Shown: positions 48,821-62,349, numbered from the stretch's first letter. The stretch: DNA of 64,000 nt from Gracilinanus agilis (GCF_016433145.1 NC_058135.1:276266426-276330425); one strand, 5' to 3'. Numbers and translations: made by a program. Notes: generated from the letters alone by a model not told the origin.

Positions 48821-51800
48821 CAAAAAGGATTGGAGGATTGAGGATATTTTTGGAAGCAATGAACAATCAAGATAAAGCATTGAATGATTAAGGGGAGAAA
48901 ATGGTCAAGAGGTTTGTGTCAAGAACTCAAATATTCATTACCTTAATAGAAATAATATTTTAACTGAAATCATCCTCAGAACCTGAATGTCCTCCAGAAA
49001 TATATATTACTATAAGACTTTTTTTTTCATTGGTATTGGGTAGATAGTATAGACTATAGGTTGTTTTGGAGATTGTAATCCTTGGAGTCTACTTCTAATA
49101 TTCTAATGACAAAAGGCTTGTATTTTCTGGAGTGAAAGAGTGAGCTGGGTAGTTTGGGGCAAAGATTTATTGCCACCCACAGATGATGACACTTGGTGGC
49201 TTAGGGTAATTGATGATAATTTTTCTCTCATTCCCAATCCAGCTCCTGGTTGGTACAATAAACGATTATGTTCTAGAACTTGGTTACTGTTTATGTCAGA
49301 ATAGGTCAAACTAGAGTACTGTAAGAGGAAGACAAAGACCATGAAAAATATGAGAATAAAGTACATATCTTCTGCTTAGAGATTTGGGTGCCAGAAGGGG
49401 GATGAAAAATTCCCAAAGTATACTCTTGGAAGCATAAGGCACAATGATTATGTTATAAGAAGGCTAATCGCTGTAGAAATTCATAACTAGGAAATGCATT
49501 GGAGTGAAGCTGAGGAATAATATTCAAAGTATTGAAAAGGTATGGTCCTTTATTTTATCATAGGAAACAAGAAATAAGAGGAATTCTCAGCTTTGTCCTG
49601 GTTTGTTGATGACCTTTTCCTTGGGTCTTGATTGCTTCTTGAATTTCTGTGGATATGTCATTCTCATATCTCAGACTGATTCTAGGGGCTACCCACAGTG
49701 GCAATCAAAATTAGGGTAAACTAAATCAGGAAATTTTTTAAAACTTTTTTACATGTTGATACAACTTGTGATAATAGTTTTCTTAGTTTTTTTAATCCCT
49801 AATCTCCCATTTCCTTCTACACTTCTTCCTTCCCCAAGATGGCAAGTAAAATGATAAAAGTAGTATATTTATTTTGCAGCCTTTAACAGTTGCAAATCTT
49901 GTTTGAGAATAAGATTGTCTTATCATATGATATAGATTTCCATATTCATCATGTTGTGAAAGAAGATATACATGAGAAAAATTCATGGGAGAAATAAAAT
50001 GTAGAATGTCTATATTTTGAGTGAATCAGTTATTTTTATGGTGGGGGATGAGGCACAAAGTTTTGACAGGTTATTAGGGAGGCTAGCAGTTACCAATAAC
50101 AAGAGCTTTTAGGTTCTCAGGAATCCAAAGGATCACAAATTAGGATTTAGAGATCATTTTTATAGACAGAAGCAACAGCAAACCAAAACTTAGAAGGCAG
50201 CATCATAAGAAAAAAAAAAAAACACCACACATAACTAGTTACAAAGTTCAAAGCATCACAAACATGGAGGACAATATAATTGATTGGAAATCTGGAATAT
50301 TGGCTCACAAAAACCCATCTTTCCACCTTGGAAAATTCTGATAGATTTAAGTCCATGTGAAAGAATAACAAATGACATGTAGATAACAGTTTTCTCATAA
50401 AAATACAAATAGTGGAATAGAGACAGTGTACTTTCTAGGAATGAAAGTGATTTGTCTGGAAACTTGATTCAAAGAGGAAAACTGAACTTCTGAACTCATG
50501 AACCTCTGGGCTTAACTCAGAGATAAAGAAACTTGACCAAGACGGCTATGCAGATGTCAGTAGTGATACAAAATAGAATCAATTTCAAAATATAACCTAG
50601 TAGATTTTCTCACTATTGTGCTCATTCTCATCAGTCACTGCAATGGAGATGTTTTTTCTTCGATCATTTGAGTTCTAAATTGTTTTCCATGAGAAAAAAC
50701 CCTCAAATTTTGAAATAAATTTGAAAATTTTGAGAAATTGAAAGAAATTTTGGGAAAAAATTATTAGGTCATGTAGCAAAGGAGAACAAGATGTAAAAGA
50801 ACTCTAGGCTCCATTCTGTCCATAATCTGGAAGGTTTTACATTATGCAAGATATATGTCCATAGATTGAACATAAGCACTTAGGTACTTTTGCTAATAGG
50901 GTAACTTGAAAGGAAGAAAGATTGAGCTGGAGATGAGTAAATGTCAACAATATAATTAGTGTAAAACCAAAAGAGAAGACAACCTAAAACAAGGGCTTGA
51001 GTGGACCCCAAACAAAATCTGGATGTGGACACTCAATGTAAGAATGTTTTGGTAGATCTCCAAATTCCTTGTAGCCATCTCTAGGATTCAAAAAGAATTA
51101 TTGAATTCAGGCAACATTTTGGATGCAGATTTCATAAAGATGGATTTAAATAGTATTATAATAAATTGGATGAACAGTAAAATAAATAAGTTCTCTACCA
51201 TGTTAACTTCCTGTGAGATTTTACCATTGTTTTAATTACTCTTATGATTTCTGCCATACTGTTTGGAACTTTAAAGCAAAGGAATTTGAAATCTATAGAT
51301 TCCAAAAAGTCCCACAATTTTGACTCATTTAATGTACCAATTACTGGTGAGTAAGCAACTAAAATGATAGATTTAGTTATTGTGTGAAATGAGTCTTGGA
51401 TTTCTCCAAGAAGAAAAAAGACATTGATCATCAGATATGAGAGTCTGCTAAGAATAAAGATTACAAAGTGGAGAGTTTGTGTTTATCGTAAAGACAAATC
51501 TAAATTTAATTATTCATGGAAATCTTTTTTGTAGAAAATTGACACAATAATCCTTGAGAAGGGTCAGAGTTTCTTCTAAAGGTAATAAACTGACTTAAAT
51601 AAGGGTTCAAGAAAGTTGACATGATCAGACAGAGTTGAGTTACTATATAAGATAATCCTTTTTGTTGGAAATTGAAATAGACATGCTAAAGAACCTTTTC
51701 CTCTTATAAAATTCTAGAAATTTCAAAGTGATAACCTAATATTAGGTAGATTTCCTTAAAAAATTAGCTAAAATTAGTTTTTGGTGTATATAACAAGGGA

Positions 51801-51854
51801 GAAAAAACAAAGTAAGATTGTAAATCTAATCTGGTATACAGAAACATGCCAGCT

Positions 51855-52115
51855 TTATATATATACATATATATGTGTATGTATATATATATACATACAC
51901 ATATATATGTGTGTATGCATACATACATATATTGATATGTATTTACGTGTGTATGTATCATATGTGCATATACATGCACACATGTAAATACCTATCAGTG
52001 TGTGTGCATATAAGTGTGATATATATATATATGAGTATACACATACATGGGTGTTTTAATATTGTTTAATATGGATGTGTTTGTATATGTAAAAATATAT
52101 GCATACATATATGTG
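51855..52115. repeat. Degenerate (TA/TG/CA)n low-complexity tract
   Basis: Alternating purine-pyrimidine tract; the source of several spurious ORFs. Confidence 0.9.
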
Positions 52116-52479
52116 AGAAACAGTCAGACAGGGAGAGAGAGAAGCCTTCCTATTTTTTCCAAACTGAAAGTTTCACTTTCCAGTCATGGTCTGATCCCAC
52201 TCCTAGTGCTTGATTTCCTTCATTTTGGGGCTGGGTTCATTCCTCCTCTCTAATTAGCTTGATAGTCTCTTGCACCTTGGAGTTACCATATTACTTCTGG
52301 ATTTAGTGGTGATAACTGAGCAGCTTTAATGCTCCTACTGTTTGAATGCCTGAAAAAAAGGTATCCATCAGCTTCAATGTCCAAGAAAGGACTGTAGACA
52401 TCATCTACAATGTCAGATCAGTAAGATTTTAAAATCTATACTTGTAATTTTGAATTGTATTTAGAAGCAGTCTTTATTC

Positions 52480-54420
52480 TTTTAATATTCATTTATTTTA
52501 GACATTCTCTTTTTATATTTTGAGTTCAATATTCTCTCTTTACTTCCCATTCACCTCCTCCCATAGAAATAGAAAGCAATAGGAAGTCAATTATCTCTAA
52601 GAAATCATACAAAACATATTTTTATTAAACTGAAATTATATATGCATATATGCATGAATTGCCTTAGATCATTGTATTGATCTTTCACTATTGATTATCA
52701 GTACAACATTGTTGTTACTATGCATAATCATGTCCCAGCTCTTACTTTATTTTTAATTTATTATCAATTCATGTTGATATTATGATGTTTTTCTAAAACT
52801 AACCCCTTGTCATTTTCCACAACACAATTGTATTTCATCACAATCATATGTCACAATTTGTTCAATCATTTCTCAATTGATTATTGCCCCCTCTATTAAC
52901 AATTGTTTTGATACCAAAAAAGAGCTATTCTAAATATTTTGTAAATGTAGAGCTTTTTTCTTTGACCTATTGATATAGAGTTAAAAGTAATATTACTGGA
53001 TCAAAAGGTGGGCACAGTTCTGTAGCATTTTGGTAGTTCCAAACTGTTCTCCAAAATGGTTTGATCAGTTGACTACTCCAACAACATATTATTACAGTAC
53101 CCATTTTTTCCCCTCATTTTCTCCAATGTTTGTCATTTCTGATAGGTATGAGGTAGTGCCAGAGTTATTTTAATTTGCCTTTCACTTGTCAATAGTTATT
53201 TAAAGAAATGTCATGTGATTAGAGATAGCTTTAATTTAGCTTTCTAAAAATTGGATTATATCCTTATGCCATTTTATCCACAAGTTTTGTGTCTCTGGAC
53301 TTTGGATAGGCAACTTCCTCAGTGTCATTAATTTCTACCAAAATCCCAAGGTTTTGTAGGATATAAAAATATCGCATTCTGGCTTTTTGTCAGCTATGCT
53401 GCTTCAAAATTTGTTTGAGACATTATTTTAAAGTTGTTTGGGATGGGATAATGAGAAAATTCATCTTAGTTCTCTGAATAGATTACTTTTGGTGGAAATC
53501 CTTGTACCTTAGCCTTCAGGAATATAGTATTCTGAGACTACTGCTCCTTTAACATGGAAACTGATAAATTTTTGAGATCTGGAGTGTGGTTCCTCAATAT
53601 GAGAATTTTGTTTTTCTTTTGAGCTCTTTAAAGTAATTTTCTCTTATTTGAAAGCTCTAAAATTTGGCTATAATATTCATGAGAGTTTTCATTTTAGTTC
53701 AGGAGGCAATTGGCAGATTCTTAAAAACTTCAATTTTGTTCTCTGGATTCAAGATATCAAAGACATTCTCTTCCATAAATTTTTGAAAAATGATGTCTAA
53801 GCTCTTTGCTTGATCATGCCTTTCAGATAGTTCAAAAATTCTTAAATGATCTCTCATGAAACTATTCTCTATGTCAATTGATTCACAAAATTTACATTTT
53901 CTTTTTTTCATTCTTTTAAATTTACTTTATTGTTTCTATTTGTCTCATGAGTCATTAAATTTCACCTAAAAAATTCTAATTTTTAAAATAATTGTTTTCT
54001 TCAGTGATTTTGTGTACATCTTTTTTTTTCTTTCCATTTGATCAATTCTAGTTTTTTAAAAATAATCTTTTTTTCTAGGAATTTTTATATTTCTTTTTCC
54101 ATTTTACCTCTTCTTTTTAAGGCATTCTTTCCTTCAGAACATTTATGTGCCTCTTTTATTATGATAAGTCTTTTTTAAGATAATGTTTTCTTCAGTATTT
54201 TGTGCCTCTTTTGCCAAGTTGTTAATTCATGATTTTCTTAAATCACTTTCAATTCTTTTCACATTCCTTCCTCAACCATTCATCATTTTCTTTTTCTTTT
54301 CCAGAAATTCTTATTGGGCTGTGGTACAAACAGTATTTTTCCTTGAACATTTTTGTTGATATTTTAGCATGGTGTCTGGTGAGGAGGAGCACAGCACACA
54401 GTCTCTAAAAGGTTTGCCAT
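52480..54420 (-). mobile_element. Old L1 derivative: ORF1 abutting the ORF2 end/3'UTR
   Basis: ORF 53699-53911 (RDHLRIFELSERHDQAKSLDIIFQ) is L1 ORF1-like; 52480-53240 matches L1 ORF2 end and 3'UTR. Confidence 0.75.
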
Positions 54421-54730
54421 CACAAGCTTGACTATGTCTTAATTTTATCTTGATTTTTCCTGCCATCATAATAATTTTTTACAGACAAAATTATTTTATG
54501 TTATTGTTGTTCCTCTAATTTTCGGGCCATTTCTTGACTTTTAACTTTATGTTAAAGTTGGACTTGGACTTGGACTGGACTTGAAGTACTGAAATCCTGA
54601 AACATACCACAATCCAACTTATTATTTTAGCATCTTTTCTATCAGTCCTTCACTTACACAGTTTCAGAAGTCTTCTCCTATAGTCAATTGTGTGGATTAT
54701 ATATTTAAATAACTTTTACCTGAAGTCTTT

Positions 54731-54910
54731 TTTTTTTAACCCTTGTACTTCGGTGTATTGTCTCATAGGTGAAAGATTGGTAAGGATGGGCAATGGGGGT
54801 CAAGTGACTTGCCCAGGGTCACACAGCTGGGAAGTGGCTGAGGCCAGGTTTGAACCTAGGACCTCCTGTCTCTAGGCCTGACTCTCACTCCACTGAGCTA
54901 CCCAGCTGCC
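54731..54910 (-). mobile_element. SINE1_Mdo-related SINE (short 3'-end variant)
   Basis: 12-bp TSD cctgaagtcttt at 54719-54730 and 54911-54922. Confidence 0.92.
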
Positions 54911-55579
54911 CCTGAAGTCTTTAATTGAAGAACTCCCATGCTGACAAAGTTTCAGCCCCCTCAAATAGATTATTTCAGTTTTGAAGTTTGAATTTTTTTT
55001 AATTTTTCCTTTAATTTAGTCAGAATTTGATTTTCTGCCACTTTTAAAATATTGTTTTTATTTTTACCTTGAGGAGACAAGCAGAACCAAAAAATGTATT
55101 AGTTTTTAATTTTTGAAAACAGATACACTTATCCCATCCAATTTGAAGTCTCCTTTTTTTGGGTTAATCATTCTCAATTCCTTTACCTAATATTTACATG
55201 GTAAAGTTTCAAGTGTTTTTGCCATCAAAGATATTTGCTATGTTGTCAATATATTTCCTAAATTATTGTTCCCAGAAATGAAACAAACTTGAGATTATAC
55301 CCAAGCAGAGGAGACTGTGACTCTTGCTCCAATATATTCAATGTTCAATATATTCATTATGCTTCAATTAACTCAGTCTGGTACTGCATTTATTTTTGGA
55401 AATATTCACATAATTATTACATGCTTATATCAAGCATGATTTCACTAAAATCACCCATTGGACATTAATGTTAGGATTTGTTTCCTTAGAAGGATTGGAT
55501 TTGTCAGTCTATTGCTCAATAATCATAGATTAAGAGCCTGCTATGAGTCAATATCTTTACTAATTCCTGAGTATAAAAT

Positions 55580-55975
55580 TATGCTGGCTTCATCTTGCCC
55601 TGGCAACCACATTCCAGAAATGTTAGCTTTCCCCTCTTTAGCTTCCATTCTTGTAATTTCCATGCCAATTGCAATTGTGTCCTCTTTCTACATATGTTCT
55701 TTAGAAGGGAGTCAGAAAGGCTTTGCCACCTTTACTGACTGGATAATGGTTGTTACTTGGTTTTTGTTTGTTAATTTTTTATGGGACACTCTTTTTCATG
55801 TTCTTGCAGGCCCAGTTAACCACTCATACTGCCAAATCAGTGTCAATTTTCTATACACTAGCAATCACCATTCTGAATCTTATGATCTATTACCTAAAGA
55901 AAAAGGATGTGTTTGAAGCTCTGAATAGAGTCTTCAACAACCCTTGTCAAATCTTTAAAAAGATGCAAACTGATA
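55580..55975 (+). pseudogene. OR8J-like pseudogene, 3' remnant (end of ECL2 to C-terminus)
   Basis: LASSCPGNHIPE..VSSFYI vs LALSCSDTYLPD..VSYFYI; SLEGSQKGFATF vs SAEGRKKAFSTC; then, in a shifted frame, FYGTLFFMFLQ..SIFYTL..LNLMIY.LKKKDV..PCQIFKK. The 3' flank at 56100-56151 matches 40871-40922 at 42/52 nt. Confidence 0.88.
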
Positions 55976-58900
55976 AATATTTGAATAAGGAAAGAGATTT
56001 AGCTGAGGTAGGTGTTGTAATAATGCAATGTTGAAAGATGATAAATTGCTAGGAATGGAAGACAATGAGATAATAATAAATGAATTGAATCAAAGGTCTC
56101 AGAACCAAAATGAAAGCAGAAATCTAGTACCCCATGAGTAGAAATAGTCAAGTGTAAACCTACCTTTTTCTACTAACTATATGTGACTCTTATTTCTTTT
56201 ACTACAGTCATTCCAATTTAATATTTCCTTAACCTTTGAATATTTTTGGGGAATAGATCATGATTTATTAGCTAAAAAATTACTGCCTATAATAGTAAAT
56301 AATTTCACAATTATATTACAAAGATTATTTCCCTTTGCAACAATACCATGCTAATATTTGAAGCATTATAGGTTTGCTTATGTATTGTTTATAAATTATT
56401 AGGAACATGCTCACAAGGCATATGTAGGAAATATTCAAAAATCAAATTTAAATTATCTAATTGAAATATAATAGTGCATTCTCCTATAAGTATGTAAAAT
56501 TACAAATTCTATAAAGTTATTCTACATAATTTTGTGGTAAATTCTATGTAAATGGAATGGAAACAAAAAAGACCTCAAATGTTTACAATTATTAATATGA
56601 CATTAAATCTGTCCATTTTGTTAATGTAAATAATAATGAGATAAGTTATAACTTTTAAGTTATGTTATAACATTTTAAAACACTATTTCTATTTTTTCTA
56701 TTCTATTCATAAAACCTTTGAAGTACAGGACAAATATAGTCTGGGTATCTGTATTTTCAGGATCAGAATTGATAAAGAATTGCATTATCGAATTGACCTG
56801 AGGGTGATGACTTTTTCAGCCAGAGTAACATTTGAAGACTTACTACTAAGAGAGGCATCTGTCCTCCCTCATTGGGAAAGGTAGGATCCACCCCACATAA
56901 ATAAAAAATCATGAAAGCATGTTTGACTAATTAACAAACACTTATTAAGTATTAATCATTTGTTAAATATTTATTTCTATGTCCAAGGAACTGTGTATAT
57001 ATGACATCACACAGATATATCAGATGTATATACTATCCATATGTTTATATGGAAACATATGTAAATATATGTATATATTGTATGTGATATGTCTGTACAT
57101 GAAATAGAGTTAAAAATAGTCTTTTCAAAGTTTCTAGAAGTCAGAACAGTAAGGCTCACAGAAAGCAAAAAGGAACTGCTCTAGAACTCCAAAGTTATAT
57201 CAATGGAGAATACAAAATCCTTCCTGTTGGGGCCTTGAATTGGCAATATCATGAATATCAGTGCATCTCTGAATGGGATAAGAATGATTAATCAGCAAAA
57301 GAAATAATCTAAAATGGCAGGTAAATGTTTTGATCACAAATACTTCTGGCAACCTCTCTAATGATGATTGGAAATTTGTTAAACATTCTCAGTGTTTCAG
57401 GGATAATGTCTCAGGGGCCTTAGAAACTCATAACATCTCCTTTAAACAGATGAAAATAGAACAAACCTGATTAAGCAGAGCAGTTTCTCCATTCTAGGCA
57501 AGCAGATAATGTTATTCTATGTTTATGATCATCTCAATTGTGCCATTTAACAATGGAACTCCTACAGATCCCTAGCTTCACATCTTGATATCACAGAGCC
57601 TCCTGATTCAAAAGATCTTTCCAATTATGCCATAGATTTTAGAATTCGAGGCAGTTTGGATGTTTTAAAGAATAAAAATAGATAGCAATTTCTGAAACGA
57701 GATAATTATTACAGACACCCCAGGTGGAAAAGCTTGTCATCATTTCTAGTCTGTCAATGAATAAGACATTTTGGAAGTTGTATGGCAAAGTCTATGGAGA
57801 GGAAATTCAATGTGTCAGTAAAATTTCCTCCCTCATCATCCATCATCTTGAGGGTCCAAGTGATAACTTTCTTTTGTCAGTCTTATCTTTATCCATCTCA
57901 ATCTTATACATAATCTAATGGACAAAAAGTTGAATTGACTTCAAAAGATCATCACTGAAATGTATACTAGCTGTCAATTAGTGAATAGGACTCCATTTAA
58001 TAGAATTTGACATTGAATGAGCTTTCCATAATCCATCTTATTTGCTCATCTGAACAGTAATTCTCTGGTTTCAAGGGACACTGAGATAGATTTGTGTTGA
58101 CAGTAATGATGATGATAATAACTTGCTTGACTATGTGTGGAGCTTTAATATCTCTTTGCCTGCACAATCTCATTTGATTCTCACAGTTACACTGTGAGTC
58201 AGTTGATATGATTATCTTCATTTTATAAGTTATCAAACAGATAAAAAAGGGTCAATGACTTGTTTATGGTTACCTAATGTAAGCAATTTACAAAATGCAA
58301 ACATTGAGAGTTATTTAAAAACATCAATCTAATTAAGTATAGGAATAGAGGGAGACTATTTTAAGGAATTTTAATCAAAGGGGAGGATTCCTTAAGCAAA
58401 ATGCTTAGGCACCTTTGTTACATAAGATTACATTTCTGTCCCAGTGCTTACAATTGTCATAGAATTGGTTAGAGTCCTTTAAGCTGGTAACTGGGAATTT
58501 ATTAGACACTCCTAACTCTGAGACTAGGATCTTTGGACATATTTCAGATTGTAAACCAGAACTGAGCTGATACAGGATTTTTATTGAGTCCACTTTTTAC
58601 ACAAATAAACTTAGAACATTTCTGAAGCTTTTCATTTCTCAGAGATGGAATGCTAGGCCTTATAGCTGTCACTCCACTCCCTGAGGTTACAATAAATTAT
58701 ATTGAACCTCTGTGAGAATGGCCGAATTTTGCCAAATTCCTTAAATGGTGACAACAGGATATGTTTGCTTCCATGACATATGAAGTTTGCTGCAAAACAC
58801 ATTAGCTATAGTTTGATGTCTCTCAATGAAGAGAGGAAGAGATGGAAAATAGTTATTTAATATATCTGAATTTTGCCTGGAGATAACAACGAAATCTGTC

Positions 58901-59042
58901 TCCAATGCAGAAAATAAAAAGACCTTCTGGGAAGTAAGGAGATCTTTGCTGAATTCCTAGATTTCATATAGAAAGGCAGAAAGTATTCATAGATAACATA
59001 CATACAGAAATTCCTATGACTGAAACCCCTAGATTCAAAATG

Positions 59043-59063
59043 CTCCTCTCCTTTCCTTCTCAG
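59043..59063 (+). promoter_or_regulatory. 3' splice acceptor of the OR8K coding exon
   Basis: ctcctctcctttccttctcag|actgat, 14 nt before the ATG. Confidence 0.75.
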
Positions 59064-59077
59064 ACTGATTTCTCTGG

Positions 59078-60037
59078 ATGGAAGAAATGGATAAGTGGAA
59101 TGAAACTAAATGGACTCAAGTAACTGAATTCATTCTCAGGGGCATCACAGATCTTCCTGAACTGCAGATTCCTCTCTTTATTGTATTCCTCATCATCTAC
59201 ACAGTCACAGCTATTGGGAATCTGGGCTTGATTATCTTGACCAAGATTGATTCTCGCTTGAAAACTCCTATGTACTTTTTCCTCAGGAATCTGGCATTTA
59301 TTGATCTTGGGTACTCCACTGCCATTGGTCCCAAAATGTTGGTTAATTTTGTAGTGGAGAAAAATATAATTTCTTATGCTGGATGTGCAACCCAGCTAGT
59401 TGTCTTTATAACATTAATTATAAGTGAACTTTTTATGCTCTCAGTGATGGCCTATGACCGCTATGTAGCCATCTGTAACCCTCTGCTCTACATGGTCATC
59501 ATGTCAGACAGATTGTGCTCTCTTTTGGTGGCCATCCCATATCTTTACAGTGCCTCTGTAGCACTGGTGACCACAATTAAGATTTTTAATTCATCTTCTT
59601 GGAAATCTAATGTAATTAGTCATTTCTATTGTGATAGTCTCCCCCTATTAAGTATTTTATGGAGTGATGCAAAGGATGTGGAATTAATAATTCTGAGCCT
59701 TTCTGCTTTTAATTTAGTTTCCTCACTGCTAGTTGTTCTTCTTTCATATGCTCTTATTCTTGTGGCTATTCTCAGGATGAACTCTGCTGAAGGCAGACGC
59801 AAAGCTTTCTCCACATGTGGCTCCCATCTCACAGTGGTGGTTGTATTCTATGCAACACTAACTTTCATGTACTTGCAGCCCAAGTCTAGTCACTCCTTTG
59901 ACACAGATAAGATGGCTTCTGTCTTTTATACCCTTGTCATTCCCATGCTCAATCCTTTGATCTATAGCTTGAGAAATAAGGAGGTAAAAGGGGCCTTGAA
60001 AAAAGCTCTAGAAAATCGATTCAAATTTTTTCTTTAA
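59078..60037 (+). CDS. OR8K: Olfactory receptor, OR8K subfamily, 319 aa, open frame but two ECL2 Cys replaced by Trp
   Basis: OR motifs plus OR8K-typical GITD..ELQ, LTKIDSRL, GPKMLVNFVVEKNIISY, LVAIPYLY, ISHFYCDSLPLL, LRMNSAEGR and QPKSSHSFDTDK. The start could also be the ATG at 59087. Confidence 0.9.
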   Translation: MEEMDKWNETKWTQVTEFILRGITDLPELQIPLFIVFLIIYTVTAIGNLGLIILTKIDSRLKTPMYFFLRNLAFIDLGYSTAIGPKMLVNFVVEKNIISYAGCATQLVVFITLIISELFMLSVMAYDRYVAICNPLLYMVIMSDRLCSLLVAIPYLYSASVALVTTIKIFNSSSWKSNVISHFYCDSLPLLSILWSDAKDVELIILSLSAFNLVSSLLVVLLSYALILVAILRMNSAEGRRKAFSTCGSHLTVVVVFYATLTFMYLQPKSSHSFDTDKMASVFYTLVIPMLNPLIYSLRNKEVKGALKKALENRFKFFL

Positions 60038-62349
60038 CATACCATGTAGATCAAGAATCTAATGGGTTATTAGAAGCAAACAAGTCTCCCTCTTGTATTT
60101 TCGTGCAACTATGGCCCATATCTCTGCTTTTCAAAGAGCAAACCTTCTTCTCCCCAATTTTTTCCTTTGTCAGAAATTTGTTTATTAATATCTGTGACAT
60201 TGATGTTAAGGCAAAGTCTTTCTACATTGGAGAGTACTATTGAGAATCCATACACAAATCTATTTATGATTAAAATCTCTGTGAATCACATGATAAATAA
60301 TAACCTTAAATTTTTGACTAAGGTTCTCTACAAAGACCAGAAGTTCCTGAGGATGTCAATTTTACTTTGGAATAGCTCTAATTGTTAGGGAGTTGTAGTT
60401 TATCATTGTTATTTATCTGTTCCATTTATACAACCTAAACAATCCTTTTTCAAGTTGCTCCAATTACTCTAATTTCTGTCTTCTGTTGTTCATCAGAACA
60501 AATAAATTTCCTCTTCAATGGTATAGTCCTGTATATAAATGAAAACTACTTTTGTCTCTCATTCACAAATCCATATTTATCTTCTCTTGACTAAGAACCT
60601 GAAGTATCTACAACCAATCTTCATAAAATACTTTCACAAATTTAGATTATGATAAGGGAAACATTTCTATTGGATTTATGTCCAAGTTATAAAATCATGC
60701 CTAAAAAGGCAAATATTTTACCTCATTGAAAAACTTGAAGAAAAGTTATTAGGAATATTAGTTATATCAGTGATGGGATTCTTATTCTTTAAAGAGTTTA
60801 TCTTTATTTTTACTTGATAGAACTTGAGATAAAGATGCAGAATCTACCAAGTTATGTTTTATTGAACAAAGGATTTAAAAGTCATTATTTTGTAAATCTA
60901 AATTGTATTTCATTCACTTTTACCTCCGTTTCTTCAGTAGAAAGGTGTATTCCACTCTAAAACTGGAACTGGTGAGCTTCCCATACCACATATTTGTTGG
61001 TATTTAACTCTTTTAGAAATCCCTTCTTACCCTCTGAATGTTGATAAGGAAAAGATAAGATAAGAAGTCATTGAAATGATAATGGACTGAAACAAAAAGT
61101 AAGGTAACTCATAATATGGATTGATGAATAAACATAAAATGCTAAGAAAAAATCTGCTAGGTATTATGCTGCTTATGTCATTGTTATTTTTAAGCATCTT
61201 GTTCCTCAAATCCACCAGTACACATTATAGCCCCTATTTCCAACACATTATTTTCCTTGGGTCTTAGAAAAATTATTATTTCCACTAACAATTCTAGGTC
61301 ATGATTTGCAGTATTTGAAAATAATGACTTCTATCATGAAATGTATTACTTCCTATCCTGCTTTTGTTTCTTTCAACAAACTCTATTTAACATCTCTCTC
61401 ATCAACAGTTTTAATCCCTAGTAACATATACATAGGCTACATTAATGACATTCACGGTGGAAAATAGCTTATTTTATTCCTATTTATAGATTCACTTCAC
61501 TAAACAGAAAAATAAAAACAATATAAACATAAGCTCTCCTTTCCTATATTACCTTATAGTCATGAGGATTTTGACATATCTTAGAATAGTTTGAATTCAT
61601 TAATTCATTTTTTCTCCTTCCTGTCTGCCTATTGCTACCTTATTTATTTCATTTATGCTCACCTTTACATCAAAATGAAGGTATTTTTCTTACTATGATT
61701 TAAAGCTTTTAGCCAAAGGTAACTTCCCATAAAATTATAGGATAGAGTGAGAGTTTCTTTAAAAAAATACTAAATTATGGAACCCCCATTTAAAATACTT
61801 CCCTGACTTGTTCCAGGCTCCCTTTCCAGTTTTAGCACATTTGTTCTCCCTCTAGTTGTTCCTCAACAAACCTTAAGATGTAAAATTATTTTAGAGAGAG
61901 AGAGAACTGAAGAGATGAGGTCATTCCCTCTTCTACTTTTTGAGAGGTTACATTATATAGAATTCAGACAAGGATATAAGAATACTTGCCTAATCAGAAA
62001 GTAAGGTAGTGTGGAGAGAAGGATAGTTTGAAATGTATATCAGCAGGTAAGTCAATCTATTTGGGGGAACTTAAAACATAGACTTCAAATAAATTGAGTA
62101 TAAAGAGTGACTAAACAATGGAAATTTAGATCTCACTAAAACTACTAGTGCTCATGTCATATGTAATCATTTCCTGTCTCAGTCCTCCCTAAAAATAAGA
62201 TATTGTTTTACTAGCTTTGCCTAGACTTGTCTCTAATGAATGTAAAACATTCATAAGTTGAAATGTGTAGCTGTATATATTTACACATTTTTGAAGCATA
62301 TAAAAAAAGGAAAAGGAAAAAGTTGAAAAAGAGACATTAGAAAAAAATT

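Noticed and set aside
51764-52069. Tyr/Ile/His-rich ORFs (also 26783-27133)
   Set aside because: Translations of dinucleotide low-complexity tracts.
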